The translations under genes were made by a program, and so were the position numbers. Source: an uncultured virus (IMG/VR IMGVR_UViG_3300010379_000002) (Duplodnaviria; Heunggongvirae; Uroviricota; Caudoviricetes). Taken from it: 20,000 bases of DNA. Under the pieces are notes generated by a model that made no database searches, was not told where the DNA came from, and saw nothing but the letters and a program-made list of their open reading frames with translations. Positions within the stretch are counted from its first letter, which is position 1; the number at the start of each line of letters is the position of its first letter. The stretch lies in IMG/VR virus record IMGVR_UViG_3300010379_000002; one strand, written 5' to 3'. Below, piece by piece: positions 15,623 to 20,000 of the stretch.

Positions 15623-15969
15623 GCAAAACATTCGAGTTCGACGATGGGCAACCTTGCAACAGTTACGACACGCGCTCGGGGCGTGTTACGACATGGACCC
15701 GAGAAGAATTCGTGTACGCGGTCAACGCGTACAGTAAGACAAAGGGGCCTCGCCAAGCGGCTGCAATCATCCAACAGATTTGTGGTATGGCCGATCCGAC
15801 GATGGTCCCCTCCTATTCGTTTGGCGCCATCATCGGCATAATGGCTCAACAGTTAACCGGGCGCGAGGAGCGCGACCACGCGAGCAACTATCGGTCAAAC
15901 ATTCTCGGACGTGTTGGGCGACGGACTCACCCACTTCTCAAACTACCAGCCCCAAAGGACGATGCATGA
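15619..15969 (+). CDS. hypothetical protein
   Basis: ATGA overlap. Confidence 0.65.
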   Translation: MSKTFEFDDGQPCNSYDTRSGRVTTWTREEFVYAVNAYSKTKGPRQAAAIIQQICGMADPTMVPSYSFGAIIGIMAQQLTGREERDHASNYRSNILGRVGRRTHPLLKLPAPKDDA

Positions 15970-16331
15970 GTGAATTAGATTTCGGTCCGCCGATTCGGCT
16001 TCCCTGCTCTCCGTTTACTCAGTCGCCGCCAGCGGTGACAAAGCTCAAGCGCGGAGGCGTCGGCAAGCAAGGCAACAGCGGACCATCCGGCGCCGCTCGT
16101 CGCGTGCGCACACCCCCACGCGCCATGCGCAATAAGGTCGGCGTGCATGTTCCATGGCCCGACCGGGGTCCGGCGATTCGGGACCCGCGCGACCCGTTCA
16201 TCCTCGCGTACCAGGAGGCGCATCGTAATCCTGCGGTCGCCGTATCCCCTCGCAAGGCAGTCTTTGCGGCGGCGATCAAGAAACTCAAGCGTTTGGAGGT
16301 GCAACGCTTAGAGGCGCAAGCCAGTGAGTAA
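15966..16331 (+). CDS. basic hypothetical protein
   Basis: AAGGA RBS, ATGA overlap. Confidence 0.55.
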   Translation: MSELDFGPPIRLPCSPFTQSPPAVTKLKRGGVGKQGNSGPSGAARRVRTPPRAMRNKVGVHVPWPDRGPAIRDPRDPFILAYQEAHRNPAVAVSPRKAVFAAAIKKLKRLEVQRLEAQASE

Positions 16332-16623
16332 GTTGGAAAAACGTCTCCGGGAAATCGCCGAGCAGGGTGAGCTTGTCGGTCTCAGCATCGTTCCGGTTGC
16401 CGGAAAGGGACCGAATGATCTTGTATTTGTCGCGACCTACCAGCCAGCCACGCGCTACGGCGCCGCTGTCGCGCGAAATGCCGATCCGGTCACGGCAATG
16501 TTGGAGGCGCTCGACGGCGAACTGCCGCCAGAAGTTGGAGAATTAGTCACGCCGCTGACGCACACGCCGCGTAAAAAACCACAGGCCCCGGAACCACCGC
16601 CGGTCGAACCATGGGAAGTGTGA
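16324..16623 (+). CDS. hypothetical protein
   Basis: GAGG RBS, GTG start. Confidence 0.6.
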   Translation: MSKLEKRLREIAEQGELVGLSIVPVAGKGPNDLVFVATYQPATRYGAAVARNADPVTAMLEALDGELPPEVGELVTPLTHTPRKKPQAPEPPPVEPWEV

Positions 16624-16624
16624 A

Positions 16625-16975
16625 ATGGCATACGAGAAAATTTGGGGATCGACCGAGCCACTGATTGTCACGCCATTGCTCGAAGTGCATCGGCTGCGCA
16701 TCATTCCCAATCACCGCTGCTCGCTGCATGTCCACCGGTTCAAGTGGAACGCGTTTTACGTCTGTGAGGGAGAACTGTTCATCGACACCGTGGCGGGCGA
16801 CATGGGGAGCGCCGTCATATCCGTCCAGCTTGGGAGGGGCGATCACACGACGATAGCGCCGGGACTGCATCATCAGTTCCGCACCGGCTTGGAGCCGTGC
16901 ATTTGTTTAGAAATGTACTATACTGAGCCGCTGAGTGAGGACATCATTCGGCGCAACGTCGGGGGACCGGCATGA
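16625..16975 (+). CDS. cupin-domain protein (mannose-6-phosphate isomerase C-terminal-like)
   Basis: KIWG...CSLHVHRFKWNAFYVCEG...IAPGLHHQF...LE. Confidence 0.8.
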   Translation: MAYEKIWGSTEPLIVTPLLEVHRLRIIPNHRCSLHVHRFKWNAFYVCEGELFIDTVAGDMGSAVISVQLGRGDHTTIAPGLHHQFRTGLEPCICLEMYYTEPLSEDIIRRNVGGPA

Positions 16976-17112
16976 GGAAACGGCTCAAGAAAAAGAAGCG
17001 TTCATGTCCGCTGTGCAAGCCGCACAAGACCGGCGGCGAGAACCGTTGGGCGCCTAAAGAGCGCGACCGACTTGAGCGTGCGGAGCGCGAAATACGGAGT
17101 GCACATACATGA
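16972..17112 (+). CDS. small basic protein (46 aa) with CPLCKPHK
   Basis: Read manually; ATGA overlaps at both ends. Confidence 0.6.
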   Translation: MRKRLKKKKRSCPLCKPHKTGGENRWAPKERDRLERAEREIRSAHT

Positions 17113-17324
17113 TCGGCAAGCTCATAAAGATTTGGAGTTTGTGGGTGGTCACCAACTTGGCGGTGCTCATTGCCGAGGGTCTCCAATACATCGGTCTCTA
17201 CATTGAGTCGCAAACGCCGCTCGTGATCGCGGATGCGTGTATCCGCCGAGCCGACGAGCTTTTTGAGGCGCTGACTGTCGCGCGTCTGTACGCGGCGGCT
17301 GACCGAGAGTTCGAAGGCAAGTGA
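17109..17324 (+). CDS. hypothetical protein
   Basis: GGAG RBS, ATGA overlap. Confidence 0.55.
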   Translation: MIGKLIKIWSLWVVTNLAVLIAEGLQYIGLYIESQTPLVIADACIRRADELFEALTVARLYAAADREFEGK

Positions 17325-17530
17325 ATGGCTTGCCAGTGAAAATGCGCATAGAGTGGTATCGCAAAACGCAGCCGATGGGTCAGTGGCTCTCGGTGGTGGA
17401 TATGGTGACAGACTTGACGGCGGGACGCCTCGAACTGCAACCCGGCGACCGGATGACCATACTTGAGGACGAAAAACCGGCTCGGCGCGAAGGAAACGTG
17501 CTTCGGCCCGACTTTCACTTCCATAAGTAA
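17321..17530 (+). CDS. hypothetical protein
   Basis: GTGA overlap. Confidence 0.5.
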   Translation: MNGLPVKMRIEWYRKTQPMGQWLSVVDMVTDLTAGRLELQPGDRMTILEDEKPARREGNVLRPDFHFHK

Positions 17531-17624
17531 CCGGTTGCCTAGCGCGGGCACCCCGAGGATACGCTTCGGCACCGCCTAAAGTACGGATGGGCGCCGGAGC
17601 AAACACTTACAAGGGAGCCGCACT

Positions 17625-18032
17625 ATGGACAACGACCTGCTTGAGATACCTCCCTTTTTGGACCTTCGTATTCCTGAGAACCTCGCCGCGTGGAAAGAGG
17701 GGCGCCGTAACTGGCGCCCCGGCTCTCCCGCTGCGAAGCGCGCGGAGAAGCGCAAACAGAACTTCGACAGTCAAGGAAACCGACTGCCGGATAACATGGA
17801 CGAAGCGTCTTGGGCTTTCCTGCATCAGCTTGAAGGCGAGCAAGCGGCGAAAGCCAAGGCAGCGCAAGCCGAGCGTGACGAGTTAAAGGCAATCGAGCGC
17901 AACGCGCGGACGCAAGTCCGCGAGGAAGCTCGGGCGGCGAAGCGCGCCATGCGCGAGGCGGAGAAACAGCGCAAAGCCGAGGTCAAAGCCGCCAAGACCG
18001 AAGCCCGAGCCGCTAAGACTACCAAAAGTTGA
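17625..18032 (+). CDS. hypothetical protein with Ala/Lys/Glu-rich helical tail
   Basis: AAGGGAG RBS; DLLEIPPFL N-terminal motif. Confidence 0.7.
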   Translation: MDNDLLEIPPFLDLRIPENLAAWKEGRRNWRPGSPAAKRAEKRKQNFDSQGNRLPDNMDEASWAFLHQLEGEQAAKAKAAQAERDELKAIERNARTQVREEARAAKRAMREAEKQRKAEVKAAKTEARAAKTTKS

Positions 18033-18060
18033 CAAGAAACCGTACTTCGTTAACTGTACT

Positions 18061-18250
18061 GCGAGGTGGGTCTTGCGCTCCTCGGGGGCTTTGGCATATG
18101 GTCCGCCTGCTAGTTGGAGTGAGCCGCTCGCCGACCCGCAATGTGCACTAGCGGTCGGAGAAGGCGGGAGCGCAAGGACCGGCCGGTCCAAAGCCACGGG
18201 GCAACCCTAAGGCCACTAGCACGAACCGGTGTGACGATACACTTTTCGCC
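18061..18250 (+). ncRNA. candidate structured ncRNA, family unknown
   Basis: Intergenic gap after TTGACA (18029-18034) with several complementary segments, a possible pseudoknot and a GNRA hairpin. Confidence 0.45.
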
Positions 18251-18293
18251 CCGCGACCCGGTGATGTCGGTCAACCGCGACCTGTGTGAGTAA

Positions 18294-18452
18294 ATGGCAA
18301 CAGTCAAGAAAGGCATTTTGGTTCGGGCTGGCGAGTGGTGGAAGCATCTTCGCAAGCGTAAAGCTCATCGGCCGTTCTGGAAACGTCATCGGCTCGCGGA
18401 GAAGCGGGAGATTGGCGAGGAATTGAAACAGCGAGCGTATGAGGGCGACTGA
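18294..18452 (+). CDS. small basic protein (52 aa)
   Basis: MATVKKGILVRAGEWWKHLRK...FWKR; TGATG-coupled to next gene. Confidence 0.6.
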   Translation: MATVKKGILVRAGEWWKHLRKRKAHRPFWKRHRLAEKREIGEELKQRAYEGD

Positions 18453-18607
18453 TGAAATCTTTTGAAATAGTCGAGGAAGCGGTGAACCGCACTCGGCTCG
18501 AACTGAAAGAGACTGCTCACGTTGGGGGCGACGGTCCTAACATTCACGATGCTTTCGCGATCTTCGCCGCCAAGCTCGGCGAAGTTTATCAGGAGCAGAA
18601 GAAATGA
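18452..18607 (+). CDS. hypothetical protein (51 aa)
   Basis: TGATG and ATGA overlaps. Confidence 0.55.
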   Translation: MKSFEIVEEAVNRTRLELKETAHVGGDGPNIHDAFAIFAAKLGEVYQEQKK

Positions 18608-18837
18608 AGTCTCGCCTGCATCGTGCTCCCCGTGCGGACTCGCGCAAATGCGTTCAGATAGTCAGCCAGGGCGTCCCCGGTCGCTTCTCAAACGATGACG
18701 CGCACCGGCTCGTCACTATAGACCACGACGGGCAGTATTGTCCGAAGTTGGTTTTCAAGAAGTACCGCGCCGCGCATCCCGAGCATCCGGCGAATCACCG
18801 CATCAACTCGGAGGGGAAGATCGTCGCCGATGTCTAG
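18604..18837 (+). CDS. hypothetical protein
   Basis: AGGAG RBS, ATGA overlap. Confidence 0.6.
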   Translation: MKSRLHRAPRADSRKCVQIVSQGVPGRFSNDDAHRLVTIDHDGQYCPKLVFKKYRAAHPEHPANHRINSEGKIVADV

Positions 18838-18976
18838 CCTGTATCCGATCCTCAATCTCGACGCCGCCCCTCCTGGCCGAAAGTTGCCGCGAAAGACGTA
18901 CAGCTACGGCGACGACTCAATGCTCAACCGTTATCTCGGCGAGCCGGTCGATGCCGATTGGGCCGGTTTCGTGTGA
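18830..18976 (+). CDS. hypothetical protein (48 aa)
   Basis: Read manually; overlaps both neighbours. Confidence 0.45.
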   Translation: MSSLYPILNLDAAPPGRKLPRKTYSYGDDSMLNRYLGEPVDADWAGFV

Positions 18977-19356
18977 GTGAGAAGCTATGCGACATCAAGA
19001 TGTGCGACCTGCACCCGTTCTGTCAAGATCAGGGTTGCGAGGCAGACCCGACCGACTGCAAGCGTGTGCGCGATCTTAGATCAGGCGCCGCGCGACCGCT
19101 ATCGGACCATTGTCTCCGCCATCTTGACAATGGAATCGAATGCGATAATACAGATGCGGCGATAAAACAAGCTCTGGCGGCACCGCCGCCACGGCACACA
19201 ATCGCCGAGTTTAAGATCAAGCTCAAGGGAATGACCGACGAGGAATTGTTCGGTCAATGGTCAACGGAATACGATGCCAAGCGCAAGGATTTCACCGAAC
19301 TTGTCATCGCGGAAATGAACTTTCGAAAACTCAACCAGGAGGCTATCGTACTATGA
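18973..19356 (+). CDS. Cys-rich hypothetical protein
   Basis: GTGA overlap; several Cys/His in the N-terminal half. Confidence 0.6.
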   Translation: MSEKLCDIKMCDLHPFCQDQGCEADPTDCKRVRDLRSGAARPLSDHCLRHLDNGIECDNTDAAIKQALAAPPPRHTIAEFKIKLKGMTDEELFGQWSTEYDAKRKDFTELVIAEMNFRKLNQEAIVL

Positions 19357-19721
19357 TGACGTTCTTGAAACGAAACGCTTTGTTTATCTTCGCGGGCGCC
19401 CTGTTGCCCGGTATCGTGGTCTTCGCGTTCCTGTTCTACTTGGTCGCGTCCTTCGCTTTGCCAGCACACGTAGACACGACGTTCATCGCTCCCCCGACAA
19501 ACTCGGGGTGGATGATCGAGCAAAACGGCGTGCGCATTTGGGGTGAGGGCGCCCCGCCGAACCCCTACGTGCGACACGTTCCGCCGCCGGACGATCCAGC
19601 CGCCGCAGCCGCGCGCGAGCGCAAGTGGGTTGCCGAGTGCGACCCGAAGCTCGTCCGTGACCGCTACGGCGTGCAACGCTACACCTACGCCGCCGGCTGC
19701 GAGTTCGGAAGCCACCCATGA
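19353..19721 (+). CDS. membrane-anchored hypothetical protein
   Basis: AGGAGG RBS; N-terminal TM; WVAECDPKLVRDRYGVQRYTYAAGCEFG. Confidence 0.7.
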   Translation: MMTFLKRNALFIFAGALLPGIVVFAFLFYLVASFALPAHVDTTFIAPPTNSGWMIEQNGVRIWGEGAPPNPYVRHVPPPDDPAAAAARERKWVAECDPKLVRDRYGVQRYTYAAGCEFGSHP

Positions 19722-19873
19722 AGAACAGGCTCGCGTTTCGGCTCTATCGTTGGTCTGTCAAGTTCAATCGGTTCGCGTGGCGCATGTGGCAGTGGAGTGA
19801 GAACCTGCAAACACGCGCTCATGATAACTGGCTGTTCGATGAGTACAAGCAGAAGCACCGAAGGGATTACTGA
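19718..19873 (+). CDS. small Trp/Arg-rich protein (51 aa)
   Basis: ATGA overlap; read manually. Confidence 0.45.
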   Translation: MKNRLAFRLYRWSVKFNRFAWRMWQWSENLQTRAHDNWLFDEYKQKHRRDY

Positions 19874-20000
19874 TGGCACTGATTCGAGTTCACAAGTTTT
19901 AGCTCCGGGAGATATGCGATGTCACTGACACTGCAAGACATGCGCGCGGCTCTCAAAGGACAGATGCGAGCAGAGGAAGCTATTTTCTTCTTTTGTCTCG

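Noticed and set aside
17536..17600. Intergenic hairpins upstream of ORF 17625
   Set aside because: Imperfect stems (17563-73 with 17590-600), no U-tract and no tRNA cloverleaf; too weak to call.
1..20000. tRNA genes, integrase or transposase
   Set aside because: None recognised by eye despite the RtcB and cassettes; tRNAscan and HMM searches are needed to exclude them.

Overview
Phage-like DNA (GC-rich, dense and uniformly + strand; many small hypothetical ORFs coupled by ATGA/TGATG overlaps; no structural or replication genes), probably the accessory region of a large phage. Recognisable genes are an RtcB RNA ligase with a 312-aa intein just before the catalytic Cys, a Pol-beta-superfamily nucleotidyltransferase (RlaP/Nuc-transf-like), two HNH-type endonucleases and a cupin. 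The main finding is three transposase-less mobile cassettes (5983-6602, 8008-8438, 11718-12603). Each has 24-25-bp terminal inverted repeats with the shared consensus core CATGCTTATCCGGTT, a perfect 8-bp target-site duplication and one unrelated cargo gene. One splits a gene, which is restored in frame on excision, and two sit on start codons, including that of rtcB. Also seen: a candidate pseudoknotted ncRNA (~18061-18250) and a promoter-to-terminator unit containing a 3-codon minigene.
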